From the NCBI GenBank assembly GCA_903899845.1, contig CAIUKV010000251.1, positions 82,026 through 146,025 of the forward strand: DNA of 64,000 bases, written 5' to 3'. Each line of letters starts with the position of its first letter. Position 1 is the first letter of the stretch. A program made the position numbers and the translations under genes. This document shows positions 1 to 8,946 of this stretch, one piece after another. The DNA comes from an uncultured Actinomycetes bacterium. GTDB taxonomy: Bacteria > Actinomycetota > Acidimicrobiia > IMCC26256 > PALSA-555. The notes under the pieces were generated by a model. The model ran no database searches. It saw nothing but the letters and a program-made list of their open reading frames with translations, and was not told where the DNA came from.

Positions 1-1320
1 GGTGACGACGGTCGCGACGAGGCCCGGGTGTTCGCCGAGGCGATGGAGCAGGCCGAGTTCTGTGACCGCCACGGCTTCGACTCGTTCTGGCTGGTCGAGC
101 ACCACTTCCTCGAGGAGTACAGCCACTCCTCGGCCCCGGAGGTGTTCCTCGCCGCCGTGTCGCAGCGCACCGAGCGCCTTCGGCTCGGGCACGGGATCAT
201 GCACTCCCCGGCCGCCATCAACCACCCCGCCCGCCAGGCCGAGCGCATCGCGACCCTCGACATCGTGTCGGGGGGCCGGGTCGAGTTCGGCACCGGCGAG
301 GGGTCGTCGGCCACCGAGCTCGACGCGTTCGGCATCGACCCCGCGGCCAAGCGCGAGCTGTGGGACGAGAGCCTCCGGGTCACGCTTCGCTGCCTGACCG
401 AGACCCCGTTCACCGGGTTCGCGGGCGAGCACGTCTCGATGCCGCCCCGCAACGTGGTGCCCAAGCCGCTCCAGCGCCCGCACCCGCCGGTCTGGGTCGC
501 CTGCACCCGGCGCGACACGATCCACATGGCCGCGCAACGGGGCATCGGAGCCCTGAGCTTCGCCTTCTTCGACCCCGAGGAGGCGCGGGCCTGGGTGGAG
601 GACTACTACACGACCCTCGCCACCGAGGGCGTGCCCATCGGCGACGCGGTCAACGCCAACCTCGCCTGCGTCACCGGCTTCATGTGCCACCCCGACCCCG
701 AGGAGGCGGTCCGGCGCGGCGCCGAGGGCTCCAACTTCATGGGGTACTCCCTCGGGCACTACTACGTGTTCGGGCACCACCGGCCCGGCCACACCGACCT
801 GTGGTCCGAGTACCAGCAGCGGCGCCGGGAGGCCGGGTACGACCCCGAGGCGGTCGCGCTCGCGGCCCGCAACGAGGACCGCCTCGGCGCCAAGGTCGTC
901 GCGTCCGGCACGAGCGGGCTGCGGGGCGCGATTGGAAGCCCCGACCAGGTGCGCGAGTACTTCCGGCGCTACGAGGAGTGCGGGGTCGACCTGCTCATCC
1001 TCTCGTCGGCCGCCGGGCGCAACCGCCACGAGGACATCATGGAGAGCTTCGAGCTGGTGGCCAAGGAGGTCATGCCGGAGTTCATCGAGCGCGACGAGCG
1101 CCTGCGCGCCGAGAAGGAGGTCCGCATGGCGCCGGTCGTCGACGCGGTGATGGCCCGCAAGCCGGCCTCCGACCACCCGCCACTCGACCCGGACTACGTC
1201 ATCCCCGCCTACCCGCGCCAGTCCGCCGCCGACGACGCCACGGGCAAGTTCAGCCGCTGGCTCGACGACTACCGCGACAAGATCGTGCGCGGCGAGGACG
1301 TCTCGAAGCGCCTGGCCTGA
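1..1320 (+). CDS. LLM-class (luciferase-like) flavin/F420-dependent oxidoreductase, 5'-truncated by window edge
   Basis: Frame is open to position 1. The GFDSFWLVEHHFLEEYSHSSAPEVFL motif is typical of luciferase-like monooxygenases. About 30 N-terminal residues are expected left of the window. Confidence 0.85.
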   Translation, partial: GDDGRDEARVFAEAMEQAEFCDRHGFDSFWLVEHHFLEEYSHSSAPEVFLAAVSQRTERLRLGHGIMHSPAAINHPARQAERIATLDIVSGGRVEFGTGEGSSATELDAFGIDPAAKRELWDESLRVTLRCLTETPFTGFAGEHVSMPPRNVVPKPLQRPHPPVWVACTRRDTIHMAAQRGIGALSFAFFDPEEARAWVEDYYTTLATEGVPIGDAVNANLACVTGFMCHPDPEEAVRRGAEGSNFMGYSLGHYYVFGHHRPGHTDLWSEYQQRRREAGYDPEAVALAARNEDRLGAKVVASGTSGLRGAIGSPDQVREYFRRYEECGVDLLILSSAAGRNRHEDIMESFELVAKEVMPEFIERDERLRAEKEVRMAPVVDAVMARKPASDHPPLDPDYVIPAYPRQSAADDATGKFSRWLDDYRDKIVRGEDVSKRLA

Positions 1321-1347
1321 GACCCGGGCCGGCCGGGACCCATGCTC

Positions 1348-1353
1348 TAGGTT
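1348..1353 (+). promoter_or_regulatory. -10-like TAGGTT, 6 nt before ATG 1360 (leaderless-type)
   Basis: TANNNT hexamer at fixed spacing from the start codon. No SD sequence. Confidence 0.5.
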
Positions 1354-1359
1354 CTCGGC

Positions 1360-3645
1360 ATGACCCGTCCCCGGATCCGCCGGTCCATCGCCGAGTCCAC
1401 CCCGGTCTTCGCCCCGGTGCGCCGGCCGCCCGACCGGGCACCCAACGTGCTGGTGGTCCTGCTCGACGACACCGGCTTCGCCCAGTTCGGCTGCTTCGGC
1501 GGTGACGTCGAGACCCCCACCATCGACCGCCTCGCGACCGGGGGCCTGCGCTACCACCGCTTCCACGTCACCGCGCTGTGCTCCCCCACCCGGGCCGCCC
1601 TGCTCACCGGACGCAACCACCACGCGGTGGGCATGGGCTTCCTCACCGACGTGCCCACCGGGTTCCCCGGCTACTGCGGCCGCATCCCCGAGTCGGCGGC
1701 CACGCTGCCCCGCATCCTGGGCGACGCCGGCTACCACACGATGGCCATCGGCAAGTGGCACATCGCCCCGCGCTGGGACCAGCAGCAGTCGGGCCCGTTC
1801 GATCGGTGGCCCCTCGGCCTCGGCTTCGACCGGTACTACGGCTTCCCCGCCGGCGACACCAACCAGTGGGCGCCCAACCTCATCCGCGACAACACCTACG
1901 TGGAGCCGCCCCGGACGCCCGAGGAGGGGTACCACCTCAACGAGGACCTCGCCGACGAGGCGATCCGCATGATCACCGAGCACCGCCAGACCACCCCCCA
2001 CCGACCGTTCTTCATGTACTACGCACCCGGGGCCATGCACGCGCCGCACCACGCACCGGCCGAGTTCATCGAGCGCTACCGCGGCCGCTTCGACGACGGC
2101 TGGGACGCCGCGCGCGCGCGGGTCTTCGCGCGCCAGGTCGCGGCCGGGATCGTGCCGCCCGGCACCGAGGACACGCCGCGGCCGCCGGGCATGGCCGCCT
2201 GGGCCGACCTCCCGCCCGAGGAGCAGCGGCTGTACGCGCGCCAGATGGAGGTGTTCGCCGGGTTCCTGGCCCACACCGACCACCACCTCGGCCGGGTGGT
2301 CGACGCGCTCGAGGAGCAGGGCGTGCTCGACGACACGATCGTCATGGTGTGCGCCGACAACGGTGCGAGCGCCGAAGGCGGCGCCCACGGGTCGTTCAAC
2401 GAGCACACGTGGGCGATGGGTCAGTCCGACGACCTCGCGGTGTCGTTGGCCCGCATCGACGAGCTCGGGGGGCACCGGGCCTACGGCCACTACTCGTGGG
2501 GCTGGGCCTGGGTGGGCAACACGCCGTTCCGCATGTGGAAGCGCTACGCGTGGCTGGGCGGGGTGCGCACCCCGCTCGTCGTGCACTGGCCCGGGGGCAT
2601 CGCCCCGGAGGCCCGGGGCCAGGTCCGCGGGCAGTTCTGCCACGCGATCGACCTCGCCCCGACCGTGCTCGACGCCGCCGGCGTCCCGGCACCCGCCGTC
2701 GTCCGCGGCGTCGACCAGATGCCCATGCACGGCACGAGCCTGCTCCCGTCGTTCACCGATCCCGACGCCCCCGCCCGGGAGACCCAGTACTTCGAGATGC
2801 TCGGGTCGCGCTCGATCGTCGACGGCCGCTGGAAGGCGACCACCGATCACCTCTCCCAGGGGGTGCCCGACGAGGCGGCCCTGCCCGGGAGCCGGGACTT
2901 CGCGACCGACCACTGGGCGCTGTTCGACCTCGACGCCGACTTCTCCGAGGCCCGCGACGTATCGGCCGACCACCCCGAGGTGGTGCGCCGCCTCGAAGAG
3001 CTCTGGTGGACCGAGGCGGGTCGCTACGACGTCCTGCCGCTCGACGACTCGCTCACCGGTCGGGTCGTGGCGATGGAGCCCTCTCCGCATCCGCCCCGCT
3101 ACCGGTGGACCTTCCGCCCCGGGGCGCCCACGGTCGAGGAGGGCACCCCGCCGCTCGCCGGGGGGTTCGCGTTGACGCTCACCACCGATCCGCTGCCCGC
3201 CGACGCGTCCGGCGTCCTCGTCGCCCAGGGCGACTGGAACGGCGGGTGGGCGCTGATCACGCGCGCCGGGCGACCCGTGTTCCTCGTCGCGCGCTTCGAC
3301 ACGCCGTTCCGACTCGAGGCCGACGCGATCCCGGCCGGCACGACCGCCGTGGGGGTGACCTACACGCGCGAGGGGCCCGCGGGCGGCACCGTGGTGCTCA
3401 CCGCCGACGGCGCGACCATCGGGTCGGGCCGCATCCCCCACGACCTGCCGTTCCGCTGGCAGATCGGCGGGTCGCGCCTCTACGTCGGCGAGGACCGGGG
3501 CTTCCCGGTGGGCGACGACTACCGACCGCCGTTCCCGTTCTCCGCGCGGATCCACCGGGCCGAGTTCACCCTGCCCTACCTCGCCTTCCTCGAGGACCGC
3601 CCCGACCCCCGCGCCGACCCCCGGGCGGACCTCGCGGTCGACTGA
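1360..3645 (+). CDS. Arylsulfatase (Cys-type, AtsA-like, 761 aa)
   Basis: VVLLDDTGF...LCSPTRAALLTGRNHH carries the C-x-P-x-R sulfatase signature. GKWH is present, with a long C-terminal extension. GC3-rich frame. Confidence 0.9.
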   Translation: MTRPRIRRSIAESTPVFAPVRRPPDRAPNVLVVLLDDTGFAQFGCFGGDVETPTIDRLATGGLRYHRFHVTALCSPTRAALLTGRNHHAVGMGFLTDVPTGFPGYCGRIPESAATLPRILGDAGYHTMAIGKWHIAPRWDQQQSGPFDRWPLGLGFDRYYGFPAGDTNQWAPNLIRDNTYVEPPRTPEEGYHLNEDLADEAIRMITEHRQTTPHRPFFMYYAPGAMHAPHHAPAEFIERYRGRFDDGWDAARARVFARQVAAGIVPPGTEDTPRPPGMAAWADLPPEEQRLYARQMEVFAGFLAHTDHHLGRVVDALEEQGVLDDTIVMVCADNGASAEGGAHGSFNEHTWAMGQSDDLAVSLARIDELGGHRAYGHYSWGWAWVGNTPFRMWKRYAWLGGVRTPLVVHWPGGIAPEARGQVRGQFCHAIDLAPTVLDAAGVPAPAVVRGVDQMPMHGTSLLPSFTDPDAPARETQYFEMLGSRSIVDGRWKATTDHLSQGVPDEAALPGSRDFATDHWALFDLDADFSEARDVSADHPEVVRRLEELWWTEAGRYDVLPLDDSLTGRVVAMEPSPHPPRYRWTFRPGAPTVEEGTPPLAGGFALTLTTDPLPADASGVLVAQGDWNGGWALITRAGRPVFLVARFDTPFRLEADAIPAGTTAVGVTYTREGPAGGTVVLTADGATIGSGRIPHDLPFRWQIGGSRLYVGEDRGFPVGDDYRPPFPFSARIHRAEFTLPYLAFLEDRPDPRADPRADLAVD

Positions 3646-3680
3646 GCCCCGACCGGGCGCCGGTGCGCGAGACTGTCGCA

Positions 3681-5399
3681 ATGGCTCCGAACCACGACCT
3701 CGTCGTCCGGGGCGCCACCGTCGCCGACGGCACGGGCGCCCCCCTCCGGGACGCCGACGTCGCCGTCGACGCCGGGTGCATCACCGCGGTCGGGTCCGTG
3801 CCCGGCCGGGGCCGCGAGGAGCTCGACGCCCGGGGCCTGCTCTGCACCCCCGGCTGGGTCGACGTCCACACGCACTACGACGGGCAGGTCACCTGGGACA
3901 CCCTGGTCGCCCCGTCCTCGCGGCTCGGCGTCACGACGGTGGTGACCGGCAACTGCGGCGTGGGCTTCGCCCCGGTGCGGCCCGACCGCCACGCGTGGCT
4001 GATCGAGCTGATGGAAGGGGTCGAGGACATCCCCGGCACGGCCCTGCACGAGGGCATCACCTGGGAGTGGGAGACCTTCCCGGAGTACCTCGACGCGCTC
4101 GACCGTCGCCGGTACGCCTGCGACGTGGGCACGCAGATCCCCCACGGCGCGCTCCGGGGCTACGTGATGGGCGACCGGGGCGGCGACCACGCCGAGGTCC
4201 CGACGGCCGAGGAGATCGCCCGCATGGGCGCGCTCGTCGCCGAGGCGGTGCAGGCCGGGGCGCTCGGCTTCTCCACTTCGCGCACCGTCAACCACAAGTC
4301 GGCCGGCGGCGCCTACACCCCGTCGCTCACCGCCGGTGCGCCCGAGCTGCTCGGCATCGCCCGGGCCCTGGGCGCGACCGGGCGGGGCGTCCTGGAGGTG
4401 GTCGCCGACCTCGACGACCTCGACGCCGAGTTCGCGCTGATCCGCACCCTCGCCGAGGTCAGCGGCCGCCCGACCTCGCTCACGGTGCTGCAGAAGCCGG
4501 TGCGGCCCACCGAGTACCGGGCCCTGCTCGACCGGATCGCCGCCGCGGTCGCCGACGGCGTCCCGCTCCGGGGCCAGGTGCCCACCCGGCCGGTCGGGCT
4601 GATCATGAGCCTCGACGGCCGCGTGCACCCGTTCGTGGCGTCGCCGACCTGCCGGTCGCTCGCCGGGCTCCCGGCACCCGAGCGCACCGCCCGCCTCGAG
4701 GACCCGGCCCTGCGGGACCGGATCGTCGCCGAGGCCGAGGCCCACGCCGCCCACAGCCCGCTCACCCACTTCGGTGCCGCCTTCCCGCTCGCCGACCCGC
4801 CCCGCTACGACCCCGCCCCCCACGAGTCGATCCAGGCCGAGGCGGCGCGGTCGGGCCGGTCGGTGTTCGCGGTCGCCCTCGACGTGCTGCGGGCCCCGGG
4901 CGGGCAGCTGTACCTCCCGGTGATGAACTACGTCGACGGCACGATGGCGGTCACCCGCGAGATGCTCACCGACCCCAACTGCGTCCCGGGCCTCGGCGAC
5001 GCCGGTGCGCACTGCTCGCTGATCTGCGACGCGTCGATGCCGACCTTCATGCTGTCGTACTGGGCGCGCGACGCCGCCCCCGAGATGCGGCTCCCGGTCG
5101 AGGTCGCGGTCAAGCGCCAGACGGCCGACACCGCGGACCTGGTGGGGCTCCACGACCGGGGGCGGCTGGTCCCCGGAGCCCGGGCCGACGTCAACCTGGT
5201 CGACCTCGACGCCCTCGCGCTCGACCGCCCCCACCTGGTGGCCGACCTGCCCGCCGGTGGCCGCCGGCTCGTGCAGGAGGCCGCCGGCTACCGGGCGACG
5301 ATCGTGGCGGGCACGGTCGTGCACCGCGACGGCGAGGACACCGGCGCCCGTCCCGGCCGGCTGGTCCGCGGACCCCAGCCCGCGCCGGCCGGCGTCTGA
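3681..5399 (+). CDS. N-acyl-D-amino-acid deacylase (D-aminoacylase) family amidohydrolase, copy 1
   Basis: DLVVRGATVADGTGAP...GWVDVHTHYDGQVTWD...GNCGVGFAP. Start taken at ATG 3681 inside a 1273-aa ORF whose upstream part is an artefact. Confidence 0.85.
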   Translation: MAPNHDLVVRGATVADGTGAPLRDADVAVDAGCITAVGSVPGRGREELDARGLLCTPGWVDVHTHYDGQVTWDTLVAPSSRLGVTTVVTGNCGVGFAPVRPDRHAWLIELMEGVEDIPGTALHEGITWEWETFPEYLDALDRRRYACDVGTQIPHGALRGYVMGDRGGDHAEVPTAEEIARMGALVAEAVQAGALGFSTSRTVNHKSAGGAYTPSLTAGAPELLGIARALGATGRGVLEVVADLDDLDAEFALIRTLAEVSGRPTSLTVLQKPVRPTEYRALLDRIAAAVADGVPLRGQVPTRPVGLIMSLDGRVHPFVASPTCRSLAGLPAPERTARLEDPALRDRIVAEAEAHAAHSPLTHFGAAFPLADPPRYDPAPHESIQAEAARSGRSVFAVALDVLRAPGGQLYLPVMNYVDGTMAVTREMLTDPNCVPGLGDAGAHCSLICDASMPTFMLSYWARDAAPEMRLPVEVAVKRQTADTADLVGLHDRGRLVPGARADVNLVDLDALALDRPHLVADLPAGGRRLVQEAAGYRATIVAGTVVHRDGEDTGARPGRLVRGPQPAPAGV

Positions 5400-5413
5400 C
5401 CGTCTCCGACGAC

Positions 5414-5441
5414 GGACGGGTCCGGCCCCCGGGACCCGTCC
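5414..5441. terminator. Perfect 10-bp-stem hairpin between convergent D-aminoacylase genes
   Basis: GGACGGGTCC-ggcccccg-GGACCCGTCC. No U-tract. Confidence 0.5.
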
Positions 5442-5457
5442 GGGCCCCAGGAGCCGA

Positions 5458-7212
5458 TCAGGCCCCCGGCACCGCCTGCGGGCCCCGCAGGAGCCGACCC
5501 GGCAGCGCGCCCGTGGTCTCCCCCGCCTCCACCACGGTCTCGCCGCCCACCAGCGTGGCCACGTACCCGGTCGAGCGCTGGATCATGCGGCCGGCGTCGG
5601 CCGGGAGGTCGAACACCATCTCCGGGGCCACGAGCCCGAGCCGGTCGAAGTCGATCACGTTGACGTCGGCGGCGTGGCCGGGGGCGAGCACGCCCCGGTC
5701 GTGGAGACCGTAGAGGCGGGCGGGATCGGCCGTGAGCCGCCGCACCGCGAGCTCGAGGTCGATGCGCGGACCCCGCGAGCGGTCGCGCACCCAGTGCGAG
5801 AGCAGGTACGTGGTCATGCTCGCGTCGCACACGATCCCGCAGTGGGCGCCGCCGTCGCCGAGCCCCTGCACGGTGACCGGATCGGTGATCATCTCGTGGA
5901 GCGCGTCGTAGCTCCCACCCCCGTAGTTGAGCAACGGGTACAGCAGGAGGGCCCGGCCGTCGTCGGCGAGCATGAGGTCGTAGGCGACCTCCTCGATCGA
6001 CCTTCCCTCACGTTCGGCGATCGCCCGCAGCCCGGCGTCGGCGGCGGGCTCGTAGTCGAGCGGATCGCCGAGCGGGTACAGCGCGGCGAACATCGACGAC
6101 TGCATCTGGGCGGACATCGTCCCCGGCGTGGGCGGGGGCGGGGCCTCGGCCAGGATCCGGGCCCGGACCTCGGGGTCGCGCAGCCGGGCGACGCGGTCCG
6201 TGAACGACAGGCCCATGAGCGCCTGGTACGAGGGCCGGTTCCGGAACGGGTTGGCCCGGGACTGGTGCCCGACGAGCATCCCGAAGCACCGGGACGCCAC
6301 CTGGGGGTAGACCGGCGTGCCCGCGGCGCGGGCCCGGCGGGCGGCCTCGATCTGGACGCGCCACCGGTCGGGTGCCACGTGCGACTGCATGACGAGGAAG
6401 GTCACCGGGACCCCGGTGGCCTCGGCGAGGCGCACCATCCAGTCGATCTCGGTCTCGTGCGCATCGGCGGGATCGCCCGCCGCCTCACCGCCGGTGCCCG
6501 CCGGGGCGAGCTCGAACACCCCGTGGCCCGCCGCGGCGATGGCCTGGCCGATGGCGAAGAGCTCGTCCTCGGCGGCGAAGGTCCCGGGGACGGGCTCGCC
6601 GTCGATCGCCCGGTGGCCGAGGGTGCGGCTGGTCGAGAAGCCGAGGGCCCCGGCCCGCAGGGCGTCGGTCACGATCGCCGCCATCGCCTCGATGTCCTCG
6701 GCGGTGCTCGCCTCGTTGCGGGCCCCGCGCTCCCCCATCACGTAGGCGCGTACCGCACCGTGGGGGACCTGGGCCCCGAGCGAGATCGCCCGGGGCATCC
6801 GGTCGAGCGCGTCGAGGTACTCGGGGAAGTGCTCCCAGTCGAACGACATGCCCTCGTGGAGCGCGGTCCCGGGGATGTCCTCGACCCCCTCCATGAGTCC
6901 GATCAGCCACTCGTGGCGCGTCGGGTCGGCGGGGGCGAAGCCCACCCCGCAGTTGCCGAGCACGGCGGTGGTCACCCCGTGCCAGCACGACGGGGTCAGG
7001 TACGGGTCCCAGGTGGCCTGGCCGTCGAAGTGGGTGTGCATGTCGACGAACCCGGGGGTGACGAGTGCGCCGTCGGCGTCGATCTCGCGCCGGCCGCGTC
7101 CGACCCGGCCCATCTCGGTCACGATGCCGCCGTCGATCGCCACGTCGGCGGTGACGGCCGGGGCGCCGGTGCCGTCGACGACGGTGCCGGCCCGGATGAC
7201 GAGATCGTGCAA
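5458..7212 (-). CDS. N-acyl-D-amino-acid deacylase family amidohydrolase, copy 2
   Basis: LHDLVIRAGTVVDGTGAP...GFVDMHTHFDGQATWD...GNCGVGFAP. TTG start at 7212 lies 6 nt after GAGGAGG. The upstream 70 codons of the ORF are Pro/Arg-rich and lie over a tandem repeat. Confidence 0.85.
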   Translation of the reverse strand: MHDLVIRAGTVVDGTGAPAVTADVAIDGGIVTEMGRVGRGRREIDADGALVTPGFVDMHTHFDGQATWDPYLTPSCWHGVTTAVLGNCGVGFAPADPTRHEWLIGLMEGVEDIPGTALHEGMSFDWEHFPEYLDALDRMPRAISLGAQVPHGAVRAYVMGERGARNEASTAEDIEAMAAIVTDALRAGALGFSTSRTLGHRAIDGEPVPGTFAAEDELFAIGQAIAAAGHGVFELAPAGTGGEAAGDPADAHETEIDWMVRLAEATGVPVTFLVMQSHVAPDRWRVQIEAARRARAAGTPVYPQVASRCFGMLVGHQSRANPFRNRPSYQALMGLSFTDRVARLRDPEVRARILAEAPPPPTPGTMSAQMQSSMFAALYPLGDPLDYEPAADAGLRAIAEREGRSIEEVAYDLMLADDGRALLLYPLLNYGGGSYDALHEMITDPVTVQGLGDGGAHCGIVCDASMTTYLLSHWVRDRSRGPRIDLELAVRRLTADPARLYGLHDRGVLAPGHAADVNVIDFDRLGLVAPEMVFDLPADAGRMIQRSTGYVATLVGGETVVEAGETTGALPGRLLRGPQAVPGA

Positions 7213-7228
7213 CGGGGGCCTCCTCGGT

Positions 7229-7270
7229 GGGGTGCGGAGTCTGGGGTGCGGAGTCTGGGGTGCGGAGTCT
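7229..7270. repeat. 14-bp tandem repeat x3 (GGGGTGCGGAGTCT), plus a degenerate 4th copy
   Basis: Read directly. Lies between the TauD stop (7290) and the SD/TTG of D-aminoacylase 2. Confidence 0.9.
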
Positions 7271-7289
7271 GGCGTGCGGTGGGGTTCGG

Positions 7290-8135
7290 TCAGGTGGGGG
7301 TCCGGAGCCGGGCCAGGCGGGTGCCCACGGGCACCCGGCGCAGGGTCCGGCGCCCGGTCACCGCGCTGCGGGCGTGGTGCAGGGCCAGGTTGTCCCAGAT
7401 CACGAGATCGCCTCCTGACCATACGTGCTCGTAGACGTTGCCGGGGGCGTAGAGCGCCGCCCAGCAGCGGGCGAGCAGCGCCTCGCTCTCGGCCTCGGGC
7501 AGGCCCACGACCGAGTCGGTCTGCATGGCGCTCGTGTAGAGCAGCGGCGCGCCGGTCACCGGGTGCTCGAGCAGGACGGGGTGCTCGGCACGCGCGGCGC
7601 CCGGGTCGACCTCGGCCAGGCGGTAGCGGCGGTCACCCCGGGCCTCGAGGAGGGGGAACACATGGAGCGCGCGGCGCCCGGCGAGCCGGTCCCGCAGGTC
7701 GGCGTCGAGGTGGGCCGCGGCCCGGGCGGTGCTCGCGAAGCGGGTGGCGGTCGGGGCCGCGGGCAGCTCGAGCGCGTACAGGCTCAGGACCCGGAGGGGC
7801 GCGTCGGTGAACTCGAGGTCCGAGTGGAACAGGAACTCCCCCTCGCCGAGGACGCCGCCGGGCTCGACGTTCGACACCAGCGTCCAGCCCGACCCGTCCC
7901 GGCTCTCGTCGACGATCGGACCGAACGCGCCGAGCAGCGCGAGCTGGGCCTCGGCCGACAGGCCGGGGACCCGGAGGACGAGCAGATGGTGGCGGGCGAG
8001 GAGCGGGGCGAGGGCTGCGCCCCACGCCGCCGGGTCGGCGCCCGACGCCGCGCCGAACCCGTGGACCTCGACCCCGAACGGGTGCAGAGGCGTGGTGGTG
8101 GGTGACGGGGCGCCGGCCACACCGCATGATCGCAC
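7290..8135 (-). CDS. TauD/TfdA-family Fe(II)/2-oxoglutarate dioxygenase
   Basis: FHSDLEF (H-x-D), ...VIWDNLALHHARS...RRTLRRV C-terminal pattern. Exact start uncertain (GTG 8135 or GTG 8120). Confidence 0.8.
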   Translation of the reverse strand: MRSCGVAGAPSPTTTPLHPFGVEVHGFGAASGADPAAWGAALAPLLARHHLLVLRVPGLSAEAQLALLGAFGPIVDESRDGSGWTLVSNVEPGGVLGEGEFLFHSDLEFTDAPLRVLSLYALELPAAPTATRFASTARAAAHLDADLRDRLAGRRALHVFPLLEARGDRRYRLAEVDPGAARAEHPVLLEHPVTGAPLLYTSAMQTDSVVGLPEAESEALLARCWAALYAPGNVYEHVWSGGDLVIWDNLALHHARSAVTGRRTLRRVPVGTRLARLRTPT

Positions 8136-8160
8136 GCCGGGACGATCGCCGGGCGGCCGC

Positions 8161-8946
8161 TCAGCCGCGCCGGGGCGGTCGGGGTACGAAGGGGCTCGTG
8201 CGCGCGACGTACTCCTCGTACCCCTCGCGCCGCTTCCGCAAGGACTTCTCGAGCAGGGTCACGCCCGACACCCGCCGCAGCAGCACGGTCATCACCACGG
8301 CGCCGGCGATGCCGACGGCCCCCAGGCCGCTCTCGGCCGCGACGAGCGCGATCCCCCACCACACGCAGGCATCACCGAAGTAGTTGGGGTGGCGCGTGTA
8401 GCGCCACAACCCGCGGTCCATCACCCGGCCCCGGTTCCCGGGGTCGGCCTTGAAGCGGGCCAGCTGCGCGTCACCGACCGCCTCGAACGTGAGGCCCACC
8501 GCCCACACGACCACCCCGAGAGCGGCGAGCACGCCGAGGCCCGGGGTCGCGGGGACCTGCCCGAGCTGCACGCCGATGGAGACCGACCACATCAGGACGC
8601 CCTGGAGCAGGAACACCGTGCCCAGGCTGACCCACCAGAACCGGGGGCCCCAGTGTCGCCGCATGGCCTGGTACCGGAAGTCCTCGCCCTGACCGTGGTT
8701 GCGCCAGGTGAGGTAGCCCGAGAGGCGCAGGCCCCAGACCGTGACCATGCCGACGAGGAGCCACTGCCGCGCGCCGTTGCCCTCGACGGTCAGGCGGACC
8801 GCCCAGGCCACCAGCACGAAGCCGAGACCCCAGATCAGGTCGACGATCGAGGCGTTGCGCAGGGGCAGGCTGATCAGCCAGGTGAGCACCATCAGCGCGG
8901 CGATCGTGCCCGCCGCGACGAGCATGGCGGTGGCGGTCGGGCTCAT
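8161..8946 (-). CDS. DUF1295 / steroid-5-alpha-reductase-like membrane protein
   Basis: Polytopic. Carries RGLWRYTRHPNYFGDACVWWG. GGAGG Shine-Dalgarno (SD) sequence before ATG 8946. ATGA overlap with the upstream gene. Confidence 0.8.
   Translation of the reverse strand: MSPTATAMLVAAGTIAALMVLTWLISLPLRNASIVDLIWGLGFVLVAWAVRLTVEGNGARQWLLVGMVTVWGLRLSGYLTWRNHGQGEDFRYQAMRRHWGPRFWWVSLGTVFLLQGVLMWSVSIGVQLGQVPATPGLGVLAALGVVVWAVGLTFEAVGDAQLARFKADPGNRGRVMDRGLWRYTRHPNYFGDACVWWGIALVAAESGLGAVGIAGAVVMTVLLRRVSGVTLLEKSLRKRREGYEEYVARTSPFVPRPPRRG

Noticed and set aside
1578-3680. Upstream 700 codons of the 1273-aa ORF 1578..5399
   Set aside because: It lies in a different frame over the well-supported arylsulfatase CDS. 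Its translation is Arg/Pro/Gly/Ala-rich with no motifs. Only the part from ATG 3681 resembles an amidohydrolase. This is a typical high-GC open-frame artefact.
3576-5324. 582-aa antisense ORF opposite D-aminoacylase 1
   Set aside because: It is a mirror-frame ORF of a GC3-rich gene with low-complexity R/G/P/A/V/D content. No start context or family motif is present.
7213-7422. N-terminal 70 codons of ORF 5458..7422
   Set aside because: The translation is Pro/Arg-rich, runs across the 14-bp tandem repeat and into the TauD gene. The conserved family N-terminus begins at TTG 7212, which has a GAGGAGG SD sequence.
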